Positions 40,448-53,486 of a stretch of 64,000 bases of DNA are shown here, piece after piece. The position numbers and the translations under genes were made by a program. Numbering within the stretch: the stretch's first letter is position 1; each line of letters opens with the position of its first letter. The notes beneath the pieces were generated by a model. It had not been told where the DNA came from, made no database searches, and worked only from the letters and a program-made list of their open reading frames with translations. Source of the stretch: Eledone cirrhosa (Eukaryota); NCBI GenBank assembly GCA_964016885.1, contig OZ024742.1:76880001-76944000 (forward strand), in the 5' to 3' direction.

Positions 40448-41759
40448 TTAGTTTGAGAGGATCATGTTAAGGGTTAAAGCAGCGATTATTTGCTTAAACT
40501 TGAATCTGTTATTTTAATATATATAAGTATAAGAGTGTGTGTTTGTGTGAGTGTGTGAGAGTAAGGTCTTATATGTGTGCGTCTAATAGTGTGATTGTAG
40601 ACACCTGACCATAGCCATTGTTAGCTTAAGTGAACATTATAATCTTGAGTGGCACGGCCTTGCCGAACTTGTCTATAGAATTATTTTTGCCTTTGTTACT
40701 CTAAATATACTTTTTAAAGAATTCCCTTTTCTTTAAACCCATCAACCAATGACCTCCACCCATCCCAATCACCACGCTGTGCTACCACCAGAAAAGACAT
40801 AGATATCACCATATTACTTGGACAGGCGGCTGATTGATGATTTCTCCCGAATGAAACAGATCCTGTCCTGTAGAAGCCTTTTCTATATTAAAAATGTATA
40901 GTCTGCTTAGTATTGAGTACCTTACTTAGAGTGGTTACCCCGGATTGAATCCGGGATAAACTAATAGATATACCGGCATTTTATCTCTTCACTCCACTGC
41001 AAAAATACCGCACGCCCTCTCAATTCAGCGTGGGTGGGGTGGGTGGTTAACGTGCTCTGATGTTGGGTTTGAATAGATTTTACGATTCCCCAGTTCAGAA
41101 GCCAGTACGTTAAAGACAATTGATAGCTACAACAATAAAGGCTGAACAGAGAATACTTTTTTTTAACAAACATTACAATGATTTTTACAATCATAATGGA
41201 AATTCCAAGTAACAGAAAATACATAAATTACAGCGTTAGAGCCTCAGAGTATACAATATTTTTTGTTCGGCCCTCGGGATCAAAGATGAAGAGATTGTTT
41301 GGCGAGCTCACCCTAGAGCATCCTACATACAATTGACCATGGGAGATGCACGGTTTTCCCAGTTGAAGGCCAGCTACTTTTAGGATTTGACCCTGAGCTC
41401 TGTTGATGGTAATCGAGAAGCTTAATATCTACGTTGCTCTAGTAACATTATTTCTTCTGGAAAATCTGATCTAGCGGCCAGGTGGGGACTTTTTGGGTGG
41501 CATATCGTCTGTAACAATGACGGTAACCCCTCTGTCGTTTCGTGAAATAAATACGTTTGTATATATTTTGTTTTTGTGTATGCAAAAATATATGTGCACG
41601 AATATATAATTATATATATATATATATAAATATATATATTAAAATAACAGATTAAAGTTAAGCAAATAATCGCTGCTTTCAGCCTTAACGTGATATTCTG
41701 AAACTAAAAAAATCAATCTGTGAACGCAGAAGTAAATATTTCGAAAAACGTTGCAACCG

Positions 41760-42188
41760 CAGGAAAACAGGAAGACGTTCCCTGGAAACGAACGGAAAAA
41801 AGCGAAGTCAATGCAGACATGCAGCCAAACAGACATATTATAAGCGTGCGACGTTATAGCTATGTATCTAATGCAGACAGCTAGACATATAGAGACATAT
41901 TATAAGGGCGCGACGTTATAGCGATGTATCTACATATAAAGGCAGACTAAGAAAGATAGAGGAATGTCGTATAACCGGAACTGTTGACATTTGAAAATGT
42001 TAAAGAAGTGAATATTTAAATATACGATAAAATATTTTAAATCTTTTAACGAAATTTAGAAGACACAAATACCCTCACTCTCTTACTTGGATAATGTACG
42101 TCTATGGTGCAAATTTGGTGCTGTTTGGTCCAACCGTTTGACGAAAGGTTTCTTACATACATACGGCCGTCAGCTTTATAATATAGAT
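41760..42188 (-). mobile_element. Non-autonomous Helitron-like fragment (5' end)
   Basis: Minus strand begins aTCTATATTATAAAGCTG. The internal repeat AGATACATAGCTATAACGTCGC is shared with 49815-51140. Confidence 0.55.
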
Positions 42189-43949
42189 ATAATGGGTAAA
42201 AGTAAAGTAATTGAAATAAAAATAATTTACCTCAAATTGTTCCTAGTGTGGTTCATCCTACAAGACCAGTCTAATATTCCAAATATTTAAGTGTATAGGC
42301 TTGGAGAATAGGAAACTGCAGTGAACCTTCTTATATCCGGAAACATTTCGAGTGACTATCTGTGATAAAAGTTATTTTCGAAAGAGACAACTATCCAGGG
42401 GTATATAGTTCTAAACATATGCAGTGGCTTGAAATAGCAGTTCGTTTTAGCATTATTAACTCAACCGTGTTAGGAGTACAAATAATAGCAGACACATGTA
42501 TACATATACGTAAGTATATAGATACCTATACAAATCTTAGAATACTAGGCTGGTCTTGTAGAATGTAACTGCAGTTGAAACCAAGAAGTATAATGAGATT
42601 TTATTTTTCCTTGAATACTTTGCTTTAAACATCATTACTTTTATAATGCTGTGACTAATTGATCAATGAGTTAGTTAATGTATTCAATGTGTAACAATTC
42701 ATGTACACTTTATATAAATATATCACAAGCTATCTTCTAGAACACAATTGTTAGCTAAAATAATACGCAATCTCGAGGTACATAGTTCACACACACATAC
42801 GTGTTTGCATACGCACGTATGTGTGTAAGGCAGTGTGTATAAATATTATTGATATTTTTAAATGTTTTTGGAATTAACATACATTTAATCTATTTCCCAT
42901 TCTTTATCTAATATTATCTCACATGAAATTATGTACTCAGTTATTTGGAAAATGTCTGTTGGATTAATGGAGAACAAAAATACATTCATCAAATCCAACC
43001 ACTGATACACCATACACTCTCTAACGGCAATATAAGCTTTCTCAGAAAACATCTGTGTCGTGATTTATATGAAATGGAAATATTTTTATCAAATTAAATC
43101 CATTTCTACGAGCAACAATTCCTGTCTTCTGGAAAAGAAATGTTCCTATTAAAATATAATATTCTAAATTATATGTGATCTACATAAGGGTTTAGAGAAA
43201 CCAAACATATATAATTTATATTAGCAATGTTAACTGCTAATTATGTAAGAGGACTGTTTTCAAAACACATCACATTTTCTGATTACAAGAATACCGCAGG
43301 AGATACACGGAAATACCCATTTAACGATAGATTCATTTTGATAGGAAAGATGAAACACCAACTCTTACAGTTACTTTTCATTTGAATCATTTTCCCTGGG
43401 CAGATTAATTACAACCAAAATTATATTACAAACGATTTGAGCACATAAAATATCAGGAAAGAAACGAAATTGTTCGTAACATTGCATTTTTTTTATTCTC
43501 TTCACAATAGATTTTACCCATCATAATAAGGTTAGCAACGTAATGTACGAATTGGTAAAATAAGTGTAGGCCTCTAGGAGATTTAGTGCCATAAATACAT
43601 GTATTGTCTTTAAGTAGTCTATGGAATTCAAATGAATTTGAATAGCTGTTTCAGACATTGTATTGAATCTATTCGGAAAACATTAATCGCATAAATACTT
43701 ATCATGATGATACACTCATTTTGGACCAACAAATAAATTGATAAACCGAGACAATATATTGATTAATAATAATAAATGCGTTAATCACTCAGGTTTGATA
43801 GGATTTTGGTCTATGTAGCTTAATGGTGAAATTTCAAGGGAGTATTGTCTGGACACACAAAAAAGTAAAGCAATATTTTGATCGTACAGCATAAAATGAA
43901 GGACATAAATACGAGAAAAGGAAATGTATTTAAGATGTCAAAAGATCAT

Positions 43950-44018
43950 TTTTCTGAATATGACGTATTGGTAAATTCTCGTATTTTTCTGAATATGACG
44001 TATTGGTAAATTCTCGTA
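43950..44018. repeat. Tandem duplication of ~35 bp
   Basis: tttttctgaatatgacgtattggtaaattctcgta occurs twice. Confidence 0.9.
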
Positions 44019-45238
44019 TAGACGAATGATACTTCTGATTTTTCATTAGCTGAAATAACATCTCAAAATGGAAGTTCCATAGCATATTCATGCAATTGCT
44101 AGAAAGTGTATTGTACTTGGTACTTATATGGCGTGTTGAAATGATTCTTGTATTTTCTACGTATAAGCTTTTACGATTAAACTGATCATCACTTGTTGCA
44201 ATTAATTGTTTCTAAGATATATATGTTTCTATTTGTATTTCAGTCAATTGCTAGTTGGCCAATCATGTCATCATTATATAATATCAAAATCATCTACATG
44301 GTTGCTAAAATAATCACTCAACCTAATGTTCTTAGTAGACTAATTTGTGACCAGGATCAACAATGAACTGATAAGTAATAATGTATTATTGTTCGGATGA
44401 TCGCACTTTTGAATAAGCCAGGTATACTTTAACATATCTTGTTTTACATAGTTTAAATAGTTTTCATAGCTAGAATAATTTATAAGAGCTAGAATATTTT
44501 ACATTAGCTTAAATAATTGCTTGCCTGTTAATGGTTAGAAAATCAATTTGAATGGTATATTTCCGATATGACTGAAGTGAATGTTCGTAAATTCAATTGC
44601 ACGACTTATTCATGGGACTATTGGGTAAAACCTTTTTCCATGGACCTTGAGATGTTACATAACTAAGAAGTCATTAAGTAAAGAAGGGATTGTGATTTAA
44701 ACTTAATTATGGTAGAATGATCGCTAATTATTTCTAAGGCCAACTGGTACGTAACACACAATCTACAGTTGGTCTGTTGTTATCGTGGGTAGATATGAAA
44801 TTCAGAAATATTATTGGTATTGAAGAACGTCATTCTTCATGGAATTCCACACAATTTTGAAATAGTTCAATTTTGAAATAGATCTATAGTTAGAGAAATT
44901 ACTCTCTTGGTAATCACGCACGTTGTAATATATTTCTAAAGATCAGGTTTAATTATCTGCTCATTATAATGGTTAGCAGGTGGGTACATGTCTCGTTCAT
45001 TGGAAACAATCGTATGGATTTCGACAAAGCCTGAGAAATATCTACGTTATTTTCGGAAAGAACTATTTTCGAAAGGAACTAAACTAAATCTGAATAAGAG
45101 AAACAATCTCACATTTAAGAAAGAGCTATGCTTCAACGTTTCGAAATTGTGTCTATCTAAAACTATATTAATATTGTGCCCAGAAATGTGCATGTTTGTA
45201 CATGTTACGGATTATTTAAGATGACTACCACTTCAATA

Positions 45239-45830
45239 TCACAGACTTTTATTGGGAATAATTAAGGTGAGTTTTCCAAAGACTACAATATTGGACACCG
45301 TTTTTAACACGAGGCTGTGATCAACTCTGACAAAGGTCTTACTGAAATCAAGGTATATAACATCAGTGTTGGAGGCGCCTCCAAAAGCGTTTACGATGCC
45401 AACAAATAGTTGCAGCATCCGTGCTAGGCAGTCCTTGCTACACGGAACACATAACTTTTGAAATTCAGTAGACTGTTGCTTCCGAGGAAGGGTGATGTTT
45501 GTGACCACATTACCTACTCGAATTCATTAAGGATATGAACGGTGCCTGAAATCAAAATATAATTCACCTCAAGGGACATGTTTGTCGTTTTACAAACTGT
45601 GACAGACACAATGTTTAGGTATATAACCTGCTTACAATGCCTTCAGAGACTAGCTAGAGGGAACGAAACTGATTTTGAAACACCTTCAGGGCCCAAACAG
45701 ATAACCTATTGGGGACTCTTCCTGGGGTATTCTAAATTGTGTCTCGGATATAGTGTGTTTAAGTTAACATCACTGATTCTGTCTAGATATACCATAGCAG
45801 TATTGAATCTGTAGTCTCTCTGGATTTAGC
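45239..45830 (-). mobile_element. CR1-group LINE RT relic
   Basis: DVIYLDFSKTFVRVDHSLVLK. Confidence 0.6.
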
Positions 45831-46122
45831 ATCATACTGAAGTGGATACACACATACAAACGCATACATACACACATATACATATATATGTATATATACA
45901 CACATGCACTTACATATATGTGAGTCTCTAATTGTGTGCGTGCGCGTGTAGCTATAACAAACTATTGTGAGTCAGATGACTGAACTAATATATGTTCACA
46001 TTATTAAAAGTTAGATGCTTATTTCTATTTACCGATACATGTTGAAAATAATCTCATTGTAACGCTCTTGCATTATGAAACACTAGTTATAATTAACAAT
46101 TTAAAATATAATTATACAAACG

Positions 46123-46652
46123 GGAAAACTCTTCGCTGGAACAGACGTTAAAACAACTAAATGCTGTCAAAAGCAGCAATAGGAACAATGTCTCAGATGA
46201 CAGACCAGCAGTCAGTGGTCAACAGAGAGAGACAATCTTTTCTTTGGTTTTCTTTTGTCAATTGATCTGTGCTCGTTGTTTTATAACATCATACCACTCG
46301 AAATATAAACTTTTCGGTTGCACGATCCAGCAGTTTAAAATGGTACTCTGAATTTAATCGTCGAAAAAACGTTTTTCTCGTTTGAGAACTGATGAGGGTG
46401 AAGAGGTCCGTGTATAAACTTCCCCTTTATGTATTTCTTTCAGTCACATCTGAGCATCAACACACCTCTCCTTGCCATCCTCCTCTTCTAATATTTTATA
46501 TATTTTATTTCATCTCTCTGTCAGCAACCTAGAGCATAGCGTCTCTGTTGATCAGTAGCCACTCGTCTCTGTCCTCAGAGGCATTTTTGACCATCTCTGT
46601 CATTGGCAGCATTTCGCTGTTTTAACGGCTGTTCTAGCGAAGAGGGTTCTCA
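46123..46652. repeat. Decayed inverted-repeat element (~110-bp arms), probably PLE-terminus derived
   Basis: gaaaactcttcgctggaacagacgttaaaaca... / ...tgttttaacggctgttctagcgaagagggttctc, with CTGATGA in the spacer at 46389. Confidence 0.65.
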
Positions 46653-47039
46653 TTATATATATTGAAATACACACGGTTCGTCTCGGTCAGAGTCAACATT
46701 GTTTTTTCATTAAATTCAAAAATGTATCTTAATTCTCTCCTCTGAGTATAAAATCCTCAACACAGATTTAATATGTACGTGATATAAAATGTTTATTTTA
46801 TTTTGTTATTTACATCAATTTTTTTAGCAAAAACTAATTAATGATTATTGGAAAATTGATGCACATAAATAAATATACGGAGAAACACACACGCACACAC
46901 ACACACAGAATACGCAGGCACAAAACCATATATAAATACCAATACGAATATAAGTGAGTATACAGGACACCCGCTTTCTAAATATAATTGCAGATATGGA
47001 TATGACTACAGATATGTACAAATATATACACACAAATTC

Positions 47040-47135
47040 ATCTCTCTCTCTCTATCTCTCTATCTCTCTCTTTCTCTTTCTCTCTCTCTCTCCCTCTCTC
47101 TCTCTCTCTATCTCTCCCTCTCTCTCTCTCTCTCT
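47040..47135. repeat. (TC)n microsatellite
   Basis: Seen directly. Confidence 0.9.
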
Positions 47136-47731
47136 TGATGTAAAAAACGCAATGCCGAGCGATTGCGGCCTTGGATTCAACAATGATTTTCCATGGGTTT
47201 ACTGTGGTATTACGAATTTATATATTTCTTGAAATTATGGAATGTATGTGGGGTGTGTGGAATTAGGTCATGTAACGGATTGGTCACCTTATGGTTATAT
47301 TTGTCATTGAGATAAGCTTGCAAAAGTGAAGGTTGGGAAGAAACTGCGTGGAGTGATGCGGGGGCTGAGAATGATAGGTGAGTACATTCAGTCAAATTGT
47401 TAGATTTCTGCGCGTCACAAGACCACAACGCTACGTTTATGGGCTCGTATAATGATAATATCATTGCGGCACCGTAGGCTGCAAAGAGTGAAGTGCTCGT
47501 CCTGAGTATGGTGGTATAACGAGGACGCTTGTGGATATTGAACCGATATATAGACATATATATTCCGGCCATATATATATATACTTTATAAAAAATAATC
47601 AAAGAGTGTTTAGAACATTTGATCACTTACAATCGTTTCACCCTAGCACAAGGCTGGTATCATCGGTCTATATAATAAAGGTTGAAACACAAATATAATA
47701 TGACAAGTTTGTCACAAGAACATCCTGTATG

Positions 47732-47823
<92 letters not shown>

Positions 47824-48324
47824 TATATATGGTGTTATTATACCTATGTGGGAAATGAATATATACACCTGTAATCTTTGCACCCCCATTTATGAACATA
47901 TGGGCTTGAGATTAACTTAATCCCAGGTTTCTCGCATACGGGACTTGTGTGTAAACCCCTACGCTAAATAGCCAGTACTGATCAATTCTGTGTTCAGAAA
48001 ATGTTACGCATGTAGTCTGAATCCTTGCACAGTGTCTCTGTTGTATGTTAGTTCACTTAGTCACCTGCCATCAAAGAGATGTAAGTTTCTCTACCTCTCG
48101 TGCCTGGGCAACTTTTTTCTACCTCCAGGGTTAGTTTCTTGGTTTTCTCAACAATTGTTTAAAGTGATTGCCTCGTCTTTTCGCTATTTGCCTTTGGGCG
48201 CATACATTTCAACTTTACCCTATCTTATGTTGCCAACTGGCTTTTGGTAGTTGTGATAATAATAGTAGTAGTAGGAGAAGAAACAACATTAGCAGCACTA
48301 TTATTATCCTTAGTACTATTAGTA

Positions 48325-48510
48325 CCGGTGAACTGAGAGTATCTGTAGAGGGTCTGACGCCATATTTTGCATCAAAGAGTACTGTATCGTTTGAATTCAA
48401 ATGACGCCGAGGTTAAATTTGCCTTTCATCCTTACGGGGACGATAAAATAAAGTACCAGTAATACACTGGAGAATTGCTGGCCTTGGGCCAAAAGTAGAA
48501 AGAATTATTA
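48325..48510 (+). mobile_element. SINE family A copy
   Basis: TTTGCCTTTCATCCTTACGGGGACGATAAAATAAAGTACCAG core. Confidence 0.8.
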
Positions 48511-48881
48511 GTAGTAGTAGCGGTAAGAGGAAGTGTAGTAGTAACATCAGCAGTGTCAATAGTCGTCGACACAGTAATCAGTGCATATCAGTAATTTTAA
48601 GACTAATGTTCAAGTCCAGTTTTCAAAATACAGTCTAGAGACACCATTTAGTTTGTTGATTGCTCTTGAATCGTGATAATAAATTATTCCTCCTCCCCAC
48701 GTTTTTTCGAACAGTGAATCCAGTTAATATGTTATCATTAATCGAGTCTGTCCCAATCTAGATAGACCAATATCTTGCTATCATTCAAATAGCATAGCTG
48801 TCGACTCATATGGAAATGGTTCGCTGAAGAATGTATTTACTATTAAAGCGGTTTAATAACTGTGTTGGAAACCTATACATA

Positions 48882-48959
<78 letters not shown>

Positions 48960-49814
48960 GATATATATAACATAGAGTATGCATCTTTCTTTCTCTCTCC
49001 ATTTATTTGATCTTTGTTATCTGTTATCTCTTCCTTCTTTCCATTAGTTTGCTTCAGATTCTATTTTCCCTTTATCTCTCTCTCTTTCTCTTTCTCTATA
49101 TTTCTTTCTTTTGCCGAATCTCTCCCCGTTTTAGATTATGTATCAAATCCGAAGAAAAGAAACAGCCGCATATTGGAAACTAATAAATTATTTGTATACC
49201 GATATCATACATAAGCTAATCTGGCGTTATGTGAACTGTTGCAGAAATGTTATACTTTTATAGAAATTTGGACTTGTTTATGATGAGATATTGCTGGGAT
49301 ATGAAAGTCTGACTCCAAATTGTGATAAATTGTTGAAATGCAATGATTGCATTACAAAAGACGATGAATTATTTAGACTTATATAGGTCATGTTCAGTAT
49401 GGAATGAAATATATGTTTTATACTATGTAGTTTGTTGGCGATATAGTAAAGGGTTCCGCTACGTTCGTGATTATTGAGTTCTGATTCTAAATAATCTTGA
49501 AAAGTATTGGGTTTGAATGTACGTTTTTCCACAAAAGGATCCATAGATTAATAATTATATCTTTGACTTCATATGGAATTTGTTTAACACCTCATATATC
49601 TCACTTACGTGTTATATGATATGAGACTTATTGTCAAGACAAATATCAAGGCCTCGTTTTAGCAGAATATAACTGAGAAATTTTAGCTAAAAGATACTCG
49701 CGAAGAAATGTATTCTCGTGTGCATATACTGGGCATGGTTCAACTAAATTTAATTGCGATGAAATTACATGAAACTTCCAGTGCAATACAAAGACACTAA
49801 TTATATCTATGTTA

Positions 49815-49836
49815 TCTATATATATAAAACAGATGA

Positions 49837-49868
<32 letters not shown>

Positions 49869-51140
49869 AGTTCGAATCCCTAAAACTCGAGAACCACCCA
49901 ACCGACTATTTTCAAGCGTTACACATGTTATACTTGTTTAAGGGAGTGTTCTGAGAAAAAAGATTTCAAATTAAATTTCCAATTCCCTAGCGCCCGCATT
50001 AGGCGATTTAGCGATCTTGCTCTATAATTCTTAGTCTTTCTCTTTTTAGATAGATACATACATATAACGTCGCGCCCTTATATTATCTGTCTGTATGTCT
50101 GATGTCTGCATTACGTCAGCAATACTAAGCTTAACTAAGGCGGTTATATATTTCACACAACACTAAAAATGAAAGCCGGTAACTATGTATGAGTCAGTCT
50201 CTTCTTCATACCATGAGCAAAGAAAATCCAACTTTTAGTGGAGCGAGTGAAATAAAGTCGTCCCTGTTGCGATTCAAAAATCAGGTTTGCAGGTTATATA
50301 TTTCATACAACACTAAACATTAAAGCCGGTAAAGAAAAACATCGCTGTAATAGCTTCAGTTTGTTTACTTACGTGCCTTTACGAGAACAAAAGTTACTAT
50401 TTTACCGCTCAGTATTGTAGAGAAGCACCAAACAGACTGTTTTCAAATTTACACATGTAATACTTATGTTTGAGGGAGTGTTCTGAGGAAAAACAAATTC
50501 GAATTTTCAATGCTCTAGAGACTGCATTAAGTGATTTAGCGATCTCGTTCTATAATTCTTAGTCTTTCTCTTTTTAGATAGATACATACATGTCGCGCCT
50601 TTACAATATCTGTCTGTATGTCTGGCTGTCTCCATTACGTCACTTCCCTGAGGATGTCTGTGTGTGTGCATGTGTGTGTATCTGTGAGTTTGAATCCCTA
50701 AAACTCGAGAAATACCCAACAGATTTTTTTCAAACTTTATGGATCAGCGTGTGTTATGCACATAAACAAAATTCAACTTTTTTTTATCTCCTTTTCTTTA
50801 TCATTAGGTGAAAAACTGCGTTTTTAAAGATTTTTAGGGGTTTTTTGAGGCGTTACGTCAGACCGATTTCCTTGAAATTGTAACTATGTATTAGTCAGTC
50901 TCTTCTTCATACCTTAAGCAAAGAAAATCCAACTTTCTTATGGCCTAGGGCCCGCATTAGGTGAAAACTTGCATTTTTCCTGCTTAATCGAGGACACTCT
51001 TAAAGATTATCCAGCCATCAGAGTATTCGGTTTATTTTCTTTACATATTATCCAGGCATGCAGTTTTTCCAAGATTAGGTCTGTTGGCGGCCCGCGTTCC
51101 AAAATACATTATCCCATGTAACGCCGGGTACCACTGCTAG
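49815..51140 (+). mobile_element. Non-autonomous Helitron
   Basis: A|TCTATATATATAAAA ... CCCATGTAACGCCGGG (subterminal hairpin-like) ... CTAG|T. Inserted between A and T with no TSD; has internal duplications. Confidence 0.75.
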
Positions 51141-51247
51141 TGGCTTATAAATGTATGTTTACTGTTGTAAAAAAACCCATATTATATCCGTAATAAGTGG
51201 AGTACTCAGTCCAGAGGACGAGTTTCGAATAGATTTAGTTCCAAAGA

Positions 51248-51356
51248 AATTGGCAAACCGTACTAGAGGACGCGATTTTCACCGAGCGGATATGCACATA
51301 TATGGTTTGAACACCTCTCCGGTGAAATGCGCGTCCTCGAATATGGTTTGCTAATT
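51248..51356. repeat. Imperfect palindrome with ~37-bp arms
   Basis: aattggcaaaccgtactagaggacgcgattttcaccg / cggtgaaatgcgcgtcctcgaatatggtttgctaatt. Confidence 0.75.
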
Positions 51357-52169
51357 GGTAGTACAACTAACTCTATACACCTATGTATAACGAATCTTTA
51401 AGAATGCTTAATTTGCACATGCAGATAACGTTCAACATTCAAACAAAGTTACATATATATTGATCTAAAAATGTGCGGGATAAGAGTGACGACACCGCAA
51501 AAGCTAGGCGCTGACAAAATATTTAGTATAAGTATACAAATAACCATACAAGTACGTATATATACTAAAGTTATTTTGCATAGAATAGACGATATTATGT
51601 TTTCAGAAATATATATTTTCTTTTGAAATGCACGAAAACCCGTCTACAGTACTGACATAAACATGTCTACATTTGGGAATAATCTCATGTTTAGTCGAAT
51701 TATAAAGATGATCATTTTAACACGGATGTACCAATTTGATGATATACTAAATCTTTGAAATTCAAGATCAGGTCTATTGTGGCTGAAGAACAAATATCGA
51801 AAACGGGGCATCGGGAAATTGCAATGAGAGTGGGAATTATTATATTGTAACTCGGAATGTGGAAGACGTTTTGCATGGGAAAATGAATGGAATAAACATT
51901 TTATTTTCTGTCTATCACCTTGCATTCTGTTTAATATAAACTTGCACAGATATCTGCGTATTAAGAAATTGCATGGTTTTTGTTTCTGTGAAAACTGTAA
52001 GAAGAATATTTTCCATCATTCACTTGGTTCTCTCTAAGTCTCTAATGGGAAATAAATAAAACATCGAAATAGCAAACTGTCAGAAGTCTGTGTGTGTGTG
52101 TGTGTAGTGTTTAATTGCGTGGTTCCGAAATTAGATTTAATATCCGTGACGAGTGTAGTTAAGACCAGT

Positions 52170-53290
52170 GAAACTGATAACTTTCTCTCTCTGCTTTAAA
52201 TCTTGCAAACCAATATCATTCAGAAAGATATCAACAGAGGTGTCCAGTGGGGTATCAATCGCTGCAAGAAAAATTCATTGTAAAGGTTAATGCAAAGCCT
52301 GGCTGTTGGATACAAAAGGGGTATTAGATATATATTGGGTATTGAGAGAATAGAAGAATAATCTGAAGAACCTGAATGGAGGAGGTACGGTTAGCAGCGA
52401 GAATCAAGATGGTTGTAGTAGCGGTATAGAAAACATAGAGAATAGACACCGCATCAGCGGACTACGGGTTCTGTTTCTCTCCGAATATTGTTATACCAAA
52501 TAGTTGAATGGTCTTTCTGTGGATGCTGTTTATGATAACAGCAACACCGTGTCAAATGTGGGAGCAATAATCAATGAGGATCTCACCTGATTTTTGAAAA
52601 GCGTCAGTTATTTTTGGAGCTAAACTATTTATCCTACTGAAAAGAAAAAAAAATAGTCTGTTAGGAATGCTTTTAGCTAGGCTAACAATCGGTATTTTCT
52701 ATTAGAAACCCCAGAGATTGCACCACGTCACTTTTACATCAACTTCAAGGGCGTTATCATAATTAAGGGTGATATTAAGCGTTGGTAATTTCGTGCAATA
52801 ACAAAAGCAGAAAATGCTTTTAATGCATTGGTTCTATGACTTGTGTGTCATCTGCGTAAAGGTTAGGGATCTGGGACGTAATAGAAAGTAGGTATCGATC
52901 AAAGCGATGTAAGGATAGTGAAAGCTTTAGGTCAGACATTTTGACAGTTATTTGTAATGATCCGGCCTGGTAACTGATTAAACATTCATCAAAATAAAGG
53001 TGGTACATAATAGATTGGTATAATGTTAAACACTTTGATTAGATAATGGCTGGAAAATGCTACGGGAGACTTTTATATAATGACAGACTAAATAACCATT
53101 TGAAGAAAACCTGGAAACAAAGATTATATGAAAGGTTGATACGTCCATTAATTACAATATGAGGTGGCTGCATGGATTTCCCCGGGTAAATAGGAAAGTG
53201 AGGTTGCGAGAGATTCCGAAAGAAGATTGTTAAGTCATGTCAATGATAATCGATTTGAAGTGTATGCAAACAAAACAAGAGGATATATAT
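52170..53290 (-). mobile_element. Degenerate CR1/L2/Crack-group LINE
   Basis: NLYADDTQV (ORF 52820-53008) and a downstream YCSHI remnant. Confidence 0.55.
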
Positions 53291-53486
53291 ATCAGCACTG
53301 GAGGATATGGTTGAAAAGATGCAGAATTGTAGGGAATACGAATGTATGAATGCTAAAATAAATCAAATCAAATCTTGGTAACGTATTACATGAAAATGCG
53401 TTCAGACGTGTGTGTAAATGCAGGTAAAATATATGAATACATAAAGTCAACAGGCAGTACATGCTGTTACTCCTAAACTTAAATAA

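Noticed and set aside
46385-46430. CTGATGA followed by a possible stem II
   Set aside because: No downstream GAAA or stem III, so it is not called as a ribozyme.
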